NCBI GenBank assembly: GCA_026418015.1 | Contig: JAOACE010000017.1 | Location: 7,514 to 71,513, forward strand | Length of the DNA: 64,000 nt | Source: Leptospiraceae bacterium | GTDB taxonomy: Bacteria; Spirochaetota; Leptospiria; Leptospirales; Leptonemataceae | Direction of reading: 5' to 3' | In this document: positions 17,586 to 26,226 of the stretch, piece by piece | Layout of the letters: the number at the start of each line of letters is the position of its first letter | How positions within the stretch are numbered: the stretch's first letter is position 1 | Position numbers and translations under genes: made by a program | Notes under the pieces: generated by a model | Seen by the model: the letters and a program-made list of their open reading frames with translations, nothing else | Database searches by the model: none | What the model was told of the DNA's origin: nothing

Positions 17586-18005
17586 ATGTTTCTCGCTAAA
17601 GAGATCCTTATCCATGAAAAACCATTTGGCTTTCATATTATAACAAACGAGATTTTGTCTAAGCTGAACGAAATAAAAGAAATAAAAATCGGAATTTGCT
17701 TTTTGAACCTATTACATACATCGGCAGCATTAACAATCAACGAAAATGCAGATCCTACGGTAAGATCAGATTTTAAAAGATTTATACTAAAGCTTGTGCC
17801 AAGAGATTTTTCCTTTGACCACGTTTTAGAAGGAAGTGATGATATGCCAGCTCATATTTTATCTTCGATCATTGGTACACAATTGCAAATACCTATCGAA
17901 AACGGAAAATTTGTTCTTGGTACTTGGCAGGGAATTTATTTATGTGAATTTCGAGAAAATGCTGGTCCAAGACGAATTCGAGCAACCATATATTTCGAAA
18001 AATGA
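17586..18005 (+). CDS. YjbQ/UPF0047 family protein (secondary thiamine-phosphate synthase-like)
   Basis: LHTSAALTINENADP, DMPAHILSSIIG and LGTWQGIYLCEFR are hallmark YjbQ blocks. I trimmed the track ORF (17517) to ATG 17586 because its N-terminus is read through the tRNA-Val gene. Confidence 0.85.
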   Translation: MFLAKEILIHEKPFGFHIITNEILSKLNEIKEIKIGICFLNLLHTSAALTINENADPTVRSDFKRFILKLVPRDFSFDHVLEGSDDMPAHILSSIIGTQLQIPIENGKFVLGTWQGIYLCEFRENAGPRRIRATIYFEK

Positions 18006-19375
18006 GGAAAACCATGAAGTCCTTAATACCCATTTATTATTATAAAGATTTATCAAAAGAAGAAATTATCGAAAAATGTAAGCGTCCGTCTTTCGAAGAT
18101 AAAGAAGCTTTTAAAATTGCAGAAGAAATCATAGAAAAAATTAAAGTTGGTGGAAAAAAGGCGTTAAAAGAAATTACCCTACAATTAGACAAATACGATC
18201 CAGAACCATTGGTGCTAACAAAAAAGGATTTTGACGTTGCAGAAGAACTTCTAAAACAAGAAGAAAAAGAAGCATTTCAAGAGGCTGCAAAAAATATCAG
18301 AATCTTCCACGAATTCCAAAAAAGCAATTTAAAAGACGATAAAATCAACCTCTCCGAAATTACCTTAGGTTATATTTATAGGCCAATAGAAAGTGCAGCA
18401 GTATATGTTCCAGGTGGGAAGGCGATTTATCCATCTTCTGTATTGATGGGAGTTATTCCTGCAAAGATTGCTGGGGTAAAGTATGTTTCGATTGTTACAC
18501 CTGCGGATTCGGAAGGGAAAATTCATCCAGCTGTGTTGTATTGTGCGAAAATTTCTGGAGCAGATGCAATTCTTCGCGTAGGTGGAGCACATGGTATAGC
18601 TGCTGCTTATTTAGGTATCGATGTAGAACCAGCACAAATTATCGTAGGACCTGGTAATCGCTATGTTACTGCCGCGAAAACATTACTTTCTGCCACCGGT
18701 AAAGTAAAGATTGATCAACCAGCTGGTCCATCAGAAGTATTAATTATAGCAGATCACAATGCAAATCCTAAATTTGTAGCTGCGGATTTATTATCACAAG
18801 CTGAGCATGGGGAAGATAGTATATGTGTTCTTTTAACTGATAGTATTGTCTTAGCAGAAGAAGTTATAAAAGAAATTGAATTAGGTTTTAAAGAAAGACC
18901 CAAACGATTGGAAATAAAAAAAGAAAGCATTACCAAAAATTCTTATATAATTCTGTTCGATAAATTTGTAGAAATCGATGAACAAAAGAAAACAAAAAAA
19001 ATCACCTCTGATTTTCTTCGCGCTTTTGACTTTATCAATGAATTTGCACCAGAGCATTTAGAAATTTGTCTCAATATTTTCGATGATTTAGAAAAATATT
19101 TAGACTATATTGAATCTGCTGGTAGTGTTTTTATTGGAAAATATGCTCCTGTTGCATTGGGAGATTATTTTAGTGGTACGAATCATATTCTTCCTACTGG
19201 TGGTGCAGCAAAAATGTATTCTGGATTAGGTGTAGATACATTTTTAAAAAGAATCACTTGGCAAAATACTACGAAAGAAGGGTTAAAAAAATCTTCTAAA
19301 TATATAGATATTATGAGTAAAATAGAAGGATTAGACCAAGAACATGGTCACAGTGTATTGATTCGAACAAAATAG
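18002..19375 (+). CDS. hisD: Histidinol dehydrogenase
   Basis: GPGNRYVTAAK, PAGPSEVLIIAD, LLSQAEHGEDS, NEFAPEHLE and the C-terminal EHGHS. ATG 18002 overlaps the yjbQ-family stop (ATGA). An alternative ATG at 18014 has a GAGGA Shine-Dalgarno 5 nt upstream. Confidence 0.95.
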   Translation: MRKTMKSLIPIYYYKDLSKEEIIEKCKRPSFEDKEAFKIAEEIIEKIKVGGKKALKEITLQLDKYDPEPLVLTKKDFDVAEELLKQEEKEAFQEAAKNIRIFHEFQKSNLKDDKINLSEITLGYIYRPIESAAVYVPGGKAIYPSSVLMGVIPAKIAGVKYVSIVTPADSEGKIHPAVLYCAKISGADAILRVGGAHGIAAAYLGIDVEPAQIIVGPGNRYVTAAKTLLSATGKVKIDQPAGPSEVLIIADHNANPKFVAADLLSQAEHGEDSICVLLTDSIVLAEEVIKEIELGFKERPKRLEIKKESITKNSYIILFDKFVEIDEQKKTKKITSDFLRAFDFINEFAPEHLEICLNIFDDLEKYLDYIESAGSVFIGKYAPVALGDYFSGTNHILPTGGAAKMYSGLGVDTFLKRITWQNTTKEGLKKSSKYIDIMSKIEGLDQEHGHSVLIRTK

Positions 19376-19395
19376 AATGATTATTTTATAAAAAA

Positions 19396-19764
19396 TTAAA
19401 AATTTTCTAAGGCTTCTTCTTTTGTAGAATAGATTTTAAAACCATCTGGTAAAGTCATAATAGCAAGGACTTTTTTGATAAAAGTATGTATACCACCAAC
19501 AACTAATTTTCCTTTATTGTCATTGCAGCGAAAAAACATAGAAAAGATAATAGCAATTCCCGTAGAGTTTATATAATTCAATTCTGATAGATCAACGATG
19601 ATGTTATAATTGCCGTCTTCGAAAAATTCGGGAAATTTCTTGTTGAGTTCAAACCCATTTTCGTTAGAAATTTTTCCGATAAATTTTAAATATTTGATGG
19701 TTTTATCATTTTTTTTAAGTTCTGATGTTTCTATGGTTAAATCTTTTAATTCTATTATGCTCAT
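19396..19764 (-). CDS. STAS-domain anti-sigma-factor antagonist (SpoIIAA-like)
   Basis: The size (122 aa) and DLSELNYINSTGIAIIFSMF match the STAS phospho-serine loop region. Confidence 0.8.
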   Translation of the reverse strand: MSIIELKDLTIETSELKKNDKTIKYLKFIGKISNENGFELNKKFPEFFEDGNYNIIVDLSELNYINSTGIAIIFSMFFRCNDNKGKLVVGGIHTFIKKVLAIMTLPDGFKIYSTKEEALENF

Positions 19765-19768
19765 ATTT

Positions 19769-20206
19769 TTAATCGTAATCTACAATAATTAATGTATCTG
19801 TATTTCCAAAGATGATTCCTGAAAGATAAGATAAAGTAAAATTTTCTACTTTACCTTTACCATTCAACTCGCCTTCTTTCGAAAGATATTCTTTTCTATG
19901 ATCTTCTTTCCTTTTGAGGGAGACTTTTATAATATCACAGTTGGAATGTTTTTGATAAACATTTTCTATAGAACCTAAAATAGGAAGGTCAGGAGTTAAG
20001 TAATTTTCTAAATTTTTGTCTTGTGTAATTAAATAATAATATTTATATTGTTTTTTTAAGATTTCTAGAAAATAAGCATCAATTTCGAATGTAATTAATT
20101 TATCGTATTTAGGAAATTCGATAAATAAGTCGCCATGACGATTATAGGGATCTTTGTTATTTAAGTAATGAACAACAATTCTTAACTTTGGTCTTATCGC
20201 TAACAT
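19769..20206 (-). CDS. Hypothetical protein
   Basis: The ORF ends 4 nt upstream of the STAS gene start on the same strand (probably co-transcribed). I recognise no motif. Confidence 0.4.
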   Translation of the reverse strand: MLAIRPKLRIVVHYLNNKDPYNRHGDLFIEFPKYDKLITFEIDAYFLEILKKQYKYYYLITQDKNLENYLTPDLPILGSIENVYQKHSNCDIIKVSLKRKEDHRKEYLSKEGELNGKGKVENFTLSYLSGIIFGNTDTLIIVDYD

Positions 20207-20302
20207 GGCTTAACACCTTAAAATTTGTAACCAAATAAACTATGATAATTTATAATACAATTTTTTTTTATAAACTTATAAATAAAAAATTCTATTTATA
20301 TT

Positions 20303-21580
20303 TTAGTGAAAAACTCTTAATACAATTGTAGGAGCTAAGATAATTTCTTTTTTTTGATTAATAACTTCTAATGCCCGAGAAATTGCACTCTCCTTACATT
20401 CATGGGTAAAAATAACCACATTCACTGGCTCTTCTCCTTCTTCTTGGTGCATAGAAGCAATAGAAATATTAAAATCTGCTAAAACGCGAGAAATGGCAGC
20501 TAAAACACCGGGTTTATCAATAGTTTGAAATCTAAGATAAAAACGATAATCAGCATCTTGGATTAGTTTTGTGGAACCAAATTCCTGAAACCATAAATTC
20601 TTAGAACCTGATGCAATAGAAACAATATCAGCTAAAACCGCAGATGCAGTGGGGAATCCTCCTGCGCCTTTTCCAACAATAAAAGTAGAACCAGAATATT
20701 CTTCTTCTACAAACAAAGCATTATATTCATTTCTTACATCTGCTAATAGATGATTTTTAGAGATTAAGGCTGGATGCACTCTTAGCAATAATTGATCATG
20801 ATAAAATCTACTGATAGCAATCAATCGTATTACCATACCCCATTTTTGAGCAATTTCGTGATCAATCTTTTGGATTTTTTCTATGCCTTCTATTATTATA
20901 TCTTTTTCTTCTATCCAACAACCAGATGCTAATGAACTAATAATTGCTAACTTTTGACCTGCATCTTTCCCAGAAACATCAAAAGTAGGATCTGCTTCTG
21001 CAAACCCTTTTTCTTGAGCTAATTTTAACGCTTCTTGATACTCCAATCCTTCTTCCATTTTCGAAATAATAAAATTACATGTTCCATTAAGAATTCCCAC
21101 AAGAGAGTGAATATTGCCAAACGACCACATTCTTCTTAAATTTTTTATGATTGGTAAAGCACCACCAACCGATGCTTCGAAACCAATCGTAATAGGAATA
21201 TTGTTTTGTTGTTTTTGTTTAATAAGTTCAAAAATAGTTTTTCCATGATTTGCTAAAAGGGCTTTATTTGCTGTTACGATCGATTTATGATTTTCTATTG
21301 CTTTTATGATTAATTCTCTTGCAGGTTCTATTCCACCAATTAGTTCTACGATAATATCGATTTCTTTATCTTCTATAACTTCGTTTAAATTTTTTGTACA
21401 GTTGTATTTTTTTAATATTTCTTTTTTTTCGAAACTTCTATCGCCTACTTTGGAAATTTCTATGGATATGCCATGATTTCTTAAAATTCTATTTTGTTCT
21501 TTTTCGATGATTTTGATCAGGGATTGTCCAACTGTTCCTGCTCCAAGTATGCCTAATCGGATTCTTTTTTTATATTGCAT
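20303..21580 (-). CDS. hom: Homoserine dehydrogenase with a C-terminal ACT domain
   Basis: N-terminal LGILGAGTVGQ Rossmann motif, VTANKALLA, EASVGGALPII, FAEADPTFDVSGKDA, and a C-terminal ACT segment (DKPGVLAAISRVLADFNISI). Confidence 0.93.
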   Translation of the reverse strand: MQYKKRIRLGILGAGTVGQSLIKIIEKEQNRILRNHGISIEISKVGDRSFEKKEILKKYNCTKNLNEVIEDKEIDIIVELIGGIEPARELIIKAIENHKSIVTANKALLANHGKTIFELIKQKQQNNIPITIGFEASVGGALPIIKNLRRMWSFGNIHSLVGILNGTCNFIISKMEEGLEYQEALKLAQEKGFAEADPTFDVSGKDAGQKLAIISSLASGCWIEEKDIIIEGIEKIQKIDHEIAQKWGMVIRLIAISRFYHDQLLLRVHPALISKNHLLADVRNEYNALFVEEEYSGSTFIVGKGAGGFPTASAVLADIVSIASGSKNLWFQEFGSTKLIQDADYRFYLRFQTIDKPGVLAAISRVLADFNISIASMHQEEGEEPVNVVIFTHECKESAISRALEVINQKKEIILAPTIVLRVFH

Positions 21581-21630
21581 TGAAAGTATAAAAATTTATC
21601 AAAATAATCAATGTCTACTAATTTAAAAAA

Positions 21631-22326
21631 ATGATAGACTTTTTTTTAGTTCAAGAAAAAACTTATAACAGAATGATTTTATATGATTTACAAGATTTGT
21701 TGGATATTTTAGAATTAGATTATTTTCCCACAAAAGAAGAGTTAAAGAAACATTTTAAGTCTAGGATTATTAAATATCATCCCGATACAAACAAAAATCC
21801 TTATGCTCACGAAAAAACCATCGCATTGATGAAGGCTTATCAAAGTTTTATGTTTTATTACTCTTATTACGAAGAGGAATATTTAAAATCCCTCAAAAAA
21901 GATCAAAAACAAGATACAAACAAACCATTCGATAACGAGATAAATACAATACAGGTTTATCAATGCAACAATTATTATTTAGGTTTACCTTTGCATGGTT
22001 TAATAGGTTTTTTAGATAAAAGAGATGTTGATATTGTCAAAAAAAACAATCAAACTTATATTTTTTACAATCGAAATTATTATAAACTACTAGAAGAAAA
22101 TAAAAAAGATAATCACTATTGTTTTGTTCTCTATAATAAACCCTTTTTATTTTCGTATGCTATTTATGATAAAATCAAGTTTGTTTATACAATTAGAACA
22201 GAAATGAAAAACATCGTTTGGAACGAATCTTATGGTATATTTAATTTTAATTCATATTCGATTTACATACCATTGTGTTTAAAAAATGTGATTCTAAATC
22301 AAAATGAAGTTATGTCCCCATACTAA
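21631..22326 (+). CDS. J-domain (DnaJ-like) protein with an uncharacterised C-terminal domain
   Basis: J-domain signature LKKHFKSRIIKYHPDTNKN with the HPD tripeptide. There is no Gly/Phe or zinc-finger region. The C-terminal ~130 aa are beta-rich and of unknown family. Confidence 0.7.
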   Translation: MIDFFLVQEKTYNRMILYDLQDLLDILELDYFPTKEELKKHFKSRIIKYHPDTNKNPYAHEKTIALMKAYQSFMFYYSYYEEEYLKSLKKDQKQDTNKPFDNEINTIQVYQCNNYYLGLPLHGLIGFLDKRDVDIVKKNNQTYIFYNRNYYKLLEENKKDNHYCFVLYNKPFLFSYAIYDKIKFVYTIRTEMKNIVWNESYGIFNFNSYSIYIPLCLKNVILNQNEVMSPY

Positions 22327-23104
22327 TAGAGAACTCCAAAGATGGAAAGAAAGTCCAGATTACTTAATTGAACCTAAATTAAAGATACTTTATTATTTAA
22401 AGTGGAGTCCTCTTAAATACGAGAATAATTATTTTTTAGAAGAATATAAAAATACTTACGGGAAAACTTATTTCGAAGATGAAAAACATATTCGTTTATT
22501 AGCACAAAAGAGAATCGAGTTTTTAAAACCTTTTTTAAAAAATCATTCTTCGATTTTGGAATTAGGTTGTGCAACAGGGTTTTTCTTAGACGAAGCGCGA
22601 AGTTTATTTAAAAAATTAAAAGGGATAGAAATATCTCAATTCGCGACAGATTATGCCAAAGAAAAGCTTATGCTGGATGTAGAGTGTATGAATATATTCG
22701 ATTTTTTCCGTAAGAACACAACTAAATACGATGTAGTAGCTTCGTTTTATGTAATAGAACATTTTAAAGAACAAAGAGAAATTTTTTCTTCGATTCGTGA
22801 TGTATTAAATTATAAAGGATTATGGGTTTGTGCAATTCCCTCCACCTTTGGACCATTATTTATCTATGATAAAAAAAAATGGATAGAATCCCATCCAAAA
22901 GACCATTATGTGGATATTAACCCATATGCATTAAAAAGAATTCTATCTCTCTATGGTTTTAGATTATTATCGATTCGTCCAGCTTCTTATCATCAGGAAA
23001 GAACAAAAGGTATGATAAAAAAAATACCAACTTTTTTGTATAAATATTTTGCTGATATTTTTTGTTTTGGAGATACCATAGAATTTATTGCTCAAAAATA
23101 TTAA
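22304..23104 (+). CDS. Class I SAM-dependent methyltransferase
   Basis: Motif I ILELGCATGFFLDEA, with acidic and post-I motifs downstream (KGIEIS; VVASFYVIEH). Confidence 0.8.
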   Translation: MKLCPHTNRELQRWKESPDYLIEPKLKILYYLKWSPLKYENNYFLEEYKNTYGKTYFEDEKHIRLLAQKRIEFLKPFLKNHSSILELGCATGFFLDEARSLFKKLKGIEISQFATDYAKEKLMLDVECMNIFDFFRKNTTKYDVVASFYVIEHFKEQREIFSSIRDVLNYKGLWVCAIPSTFGPLFIYDKKKWIESHPKDHYVDINPYALKRILSLYGFRLLSIRPASYHQERTKGMIKKIPTFLYKYFADIFCFGDTIEFIAQKY

Positions 23105-23197
23105 AAATTATATAAATATATTTAAAAATCAGTTATATAAATTGAAAAAAATCTTCGAAAAAATTTCTATTATTTGTTAGTTTCTTAAAATAGATTT

Positions 23198-23226
23198 TTG
23201 ACAAAAGATTCAATTTTATCTATTAT
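23198..23226 (+). promoter_or_regulatory. Near-consensus sigma70-type promoter in an otherwise gene-free 520-bp gap
   Basis: TTGACA (23198-23203), exactly 17 nt, then TATTAT (23221-23226). Confidence 0.45.
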
Positions 23227-23288
23227 TCTTACGGCAAATGGGATCAATGTAAAACTCTACAATTCTTCGAAGACCGCTTGGGTAAAGA

Positions 23289-23435
23289 ATGATTAGAGTA
23301 GCAGAAGTATTAGAGAGAGCCTACGAAAAAATGAAAAATGAATCACTAGAGCTACAAAAAAATTCCACAATAATATTTAGCTTGCTTTTTTGTAGTTCGA
23401 TTCGTAAATCAAAGTGCTATGGAATTTTTTTTTAG
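23289..23435 (+). other. 48-codon ORF or structured small RNA downstream of the 23198 promoter (status unresolved)
   Basis: ATG 23289 to TAG 23433-23435 encodes MIRVAEVLERAYEKMKNESLELQKNSTIIFSLLFCSSIRKSKCYGIFF, with only a weak Shine-Dalgarno. The same stretch contains the 10-bp stem CTACAAAAAA (23352-23361) / TTTTTTGTAG (23387-23396) and ends in a T9 run (23425-23433). Confidence 0.25.
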
Positions 23436-23623
23436 AATGATTCATCTAATAAAAAACTCTATTTTTATAATGCTTTACTTGTTTGAGACTTAAAAAATTT
23501 TACTCATTTTATTAAAATTTACTACTATATGTTTTAAAATTTTGCCAAGAAAAATTCATGTTTTAACTTGTTTTTTTGTTGACGTGATTTTATAAAATGA
23601 ATTTTTGGAATAATCCAAAGGTA

Positions 23624-23696
23624 GCCCAGGTAGCTCAGTCGGTAGAGCAGTGGACTGAAAATCCACGTGTCGGTGGTTCGATTCCGCCCCTGGGCA
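23624..23696 (+). tRNA. tRNA-Phe (anticodon GAA), CCA not encoded
   Basis: Cloverleaf by hand: acceptor GCCCAGG/CCTGGGC, D stem GCTC/GAGC, anticodon stem GTGGA/TCCAC with loop CTGAAAA, T stem GGTGG/CCGCC with TTCGATT loop, discriminator A followed by CAA. Confidence 0.93.
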
Positions 23697-23782
23697 CAAT
23701 CAATTATCTACACAATCATTAAATCTGTTTAACAATCTTTAAAAGTTCTTGAAATATCTTTTCTTATAATAAGAATGGAATT

Positions 23783-24274
23783 ATGGATAAAGGATTTATT
23801 ATATGTGTTGATGATGAAGAATCTGTTGTATCTACCCTTAAAGAGCAGTTAGCAAAATATTTTGGCCATACCCACGAAATCGAAGTTGCAACCAGTGGCA
23901 ATGAAGCTTGGGAAATCATCCAAGAAATTATCAGCGAAGGTGGTTCTGTGGAAGTAGTGATTACGGATCAAGTTATGCCTGGATTAAAGGGGGATGAGTT
24001 ATTAGAAAAAGTAAATCAAATTAGTCCCGATACGATTAAAATTTTATTAACTGGTCAAGCAGGATTACAAGATACAATTGATGCAATTAATAAAGGTGGA
24101 TTAAACTATTTTATCGAAAAACCTTGGAATATAGAAGAATTGCATGTTCATATCGAGAGGCTAATACAAAAATATAAAGAAAATGTAGAAAATCATCGAT
24201 TAATTAAACAACTAGAATCAAGGGTAAAAGAATTAGAAAATCTACTTCAAGAAAAAGAAGATGCTGAACCATAA
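23783..24274 (+). CDS. Response-regulator receiver protein (CheY-like) with a C-terminal coiled coil
   Basis: DD pair (CVDDEE), phospho-acceptor VITDQVMPG, LLTGQAG, IEKPW, then a heptad-rich tail. Confidence 0.85.
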   Translation: MDKGFIICVDDEESVVSTLKEQLAKYFGHTHEIEVATSGNEAWEIIQEIISEGGSVEVVITDQVMPGLKGDELLEKVNQISPDTIKILLTGQAGLQDTIDAINKGGLNYFIEKPWNIEELHVHIERLIQKYKENVENHRLIKQLESRVKELENLLQEKEDAEP

Positions 24275-25298
24275 AATAATTGTTTGTTTGGGTGTTTTAG
24301 TATTGCCTCACCTATTATTTACAAAAGAAAAAGAAAAAAAATTATCCCAAGAAGAGTTTATATCTTTAACGAATAAGATCAAATATTTAAACACAACAGA
24401 AAGGCTCTATGCAATCAAAAGTTTAGAGAAACTTACAGAAGAAGATAAAAAACGCTTTTACGATTTATTAGCCGATATTTCTTTAAATGATTTTGATGTC
24501 GTTGTAAAAGAAAAGGCATTAGCATTTTTAGCCGACGAAAAAGCTAACTGCGAAAAATGTATAGAATCGTACAAAAAGAATTTATTCGACGAAGAAGAAA
24601 AGGTACAATTACAAGCCCTAAAAGGAATAGAAAATTTACAATTAAAAAATCTTAACGAAGAAATAAAAGAAGTTCTAAAAAAAACAGATTTTAAAAAAAA
24701 TAATCTATTTGCGAATGCATTGTTAAGAACCATAGGAAATCTTGAATATAATCAAAAAGAAATATCCGAAATACTTTTAGAAAAATTCAAAGACGAAGAA
24801 ACAGATAAAGAATTAAAACGAACCATCATTCTCTATGCTGGTTCTTCTCGAAATATGGATTTTAAAGATTTATTATTGCAAATTATTAACGAAAAAGACG
24901 ACGAAGATGTCATTTTAAAGGCTTATGCTGTGAATAGTTTAGGAAAATTAGCACAAGATATCGATAAGACAGAAATTACCGAAAAACTAAAAAAAATGTA
25001 TAATGATATTTTGTCTGTAAACTCTCCCAAAGAACGGACAAAATATAATCCTTTAAAACAGCAAATCATCTTGGCATTAATTCGCTTGGGAGATGATTCC
25101 ATCAAAGAAGAACTAAAAAAAATGGCCTTAGATGATGATGCAAACGTTCGATTAAAAGCACTTGAATACATAGAGGATTTGCAATTAAAAGATTTTAAAG
25201 ATTTAGTAGAGGTTAAGTACAAATACGATCCGAGTAAATCTGTCAAAAATAAAGCAAAAGATATATTACAAAAATGGGGCGAATTAAAACAAAAATAG
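24261..25298 (+). CDS. Secreted HEAT/ARM-like repeat protein
   Basis: N-terminal signal-like segment (IIVCLGVLVLPHLLF). Repeated ~30-aa helical units contain ..R..A+..LG.. patterns (ERLYAIKSLEKL, VQLQALKGIENL, LRTIGNL, AYAVNSLGKL, VRLKALEYIEDL). Confidence 0.5.
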   Translation: MLNHKIIVCLGVLVLPHLLFTKEKEKKLSQEEFISLTNKIKYLNTTERLYAIKSLEKLTEEDKKRFYDLLADISLNDFDVVVKEKALAFLADEKANCEKCIESYKKNLFDEEEKVQLQALKGIENLQLKNLNEEIKEVLKKTDFKKNNLFANALLRTIGNLEYNQKEISEILLEKFKDEETDKELKRTIILYAGSSRNMDFKDLLLQIINEKDDEDVILKAYAVNSLGKLAQDIDKTEITEKLKKMYNDILSVNSPKERTKYNPLKQQIILALIRLGDDSIKEELKKMALDDDANVRLKALEYIEDLQLKDFKDLVEVKYKYDPSKSVKNKAKDILQKWGELKQK

Positions 25299-25705
25299 GG
25301 ATGATTTTAATTTCTTTGTTGTTTTTAAATCAACAATATTACGAAAACTATTTGGATGTTATAAATCTTAAAGAAATTCCAGCTTCTAAAAAAGAACTCT
25401 GGGAATATAAATTGTTGTTTTCGCGTGTGGAAGATGTTTATTTAGTATTCTACGATAAACAACGAAAAGAGATTTATGTGCAATTCAAAGAAGATCGGTT
25501 CGACGATAGAAACGATAAAATCAAAAATCAATTTATTTCTGGTCAACCATATCGTATTAAAATAAAATGGAAAGGGATTATAAAAAAAAATCAATTTTTA
25601 CCCAAAGAAAATTTCATTAGCGAGAAAGAAGATTTATTTTCTTTAATTTTTATTTTTGAATATTTAGAATCATATCCATTAGTAATGAATGAGTTATCTT
25701 TATAA
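25274..25705 (+). CDS. Hypothetical protein with an N-terminal hydrophobic signal/anchor
   Basis: The ORF overlaps the HEAT-protein stop. An alternative ATG at 25301 lies just after that stop. MILISLLFL is the hydrophobic N-terminus. No family is recognised. Confidence 0.4.
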   Translation: MGRIKTKIGMILISLLFLNQQYYENYLDVINLKEIPASKKELWEYKLLFSRVEDVYLVFYDKQRKEIYVQFKEDRFDDRNDKIKNQFISGQPYRIKIKWKGIIKKNQFLPKENFISEKEDLFSLIFIFEYLESYPLVMNELSL

Positions 25706-26207
25706 AATCATTTTATTAATATTTTTTACTTTTTCTTTGTATTCGCAGAATATCTACAACAAATCCATACGAAAAGAGGAACCTTTAATCCTTTCTGTTG
25801 ATAATCATATTAGTTGGGTTTTTAAGATTCCTTTTGATTTTCAGTACAAATTATACAGAGAAGGAAATTTTATCAATTTCGAAGGAAAAAACATTGGAAT
25901 AGAAAAAATCTTTGTTAGAGCTTCTGCAATAGAAAACAGAAAACAAATTTCTGTTAAAGATTGGGAAGATTCTTTTTTATCTTGCAATATTCCTTACAAA
26001 GATGTTTTTATTAACGATATCGAATATGCATTAAGCCCTTATCGTATTTGTTCTAGTGGAGAAATGGAGCAATTTAAAACTTATCTTTTTTATAACAATA
26101 CCTTTTATGTATTATTTATTGTTTGGATAAAAAAGAATTTAAGCGAAGAAGAATTAAAGGAAATCTTTCGTTTTATACAAAATATTCAATATAAAATAAA
26201 AGGCTGA
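25689..26207 (+). CDS. Hypothetical secreted protein
   Basis: Signal-peptide-like N-terminus (KIILLIFFTFSLYSQ). It overlaps the upstream ORF by 17 nt. No family is recognised. Confidence 0.4.
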   Translation: MSYLYKIILLIFFTFSLYSQNIYNKSIRKEEPLILSVDNHISWVFKIPFDFQYKLYREGNFINFEGKNIGIEKIFVRASAIENRKQISVKDWEDSFLSCNIPYKDVFINDIEYALSPYRICSSGEMEQFKTYLFYNNTFYVLFIVWIKKNLSEEELKEIFRFIQNIQYKIKG

Positions 26208-26220
26208 CTTACGTCAGCCT
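26201..26220. terminator. Bidirectional intrinsic terminator between convergent genes
   Basis: AGGCTGAC (26201-26208) / GTCAGCCT (26213-26220) form an 8-bp stem with a TTAC loop. T-rich tracts follow on both strands. The stem overlaps the TGA stop of the 25689 gene. Confidence 0.75.
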
Positions 26221-26226
26221 TGATTT

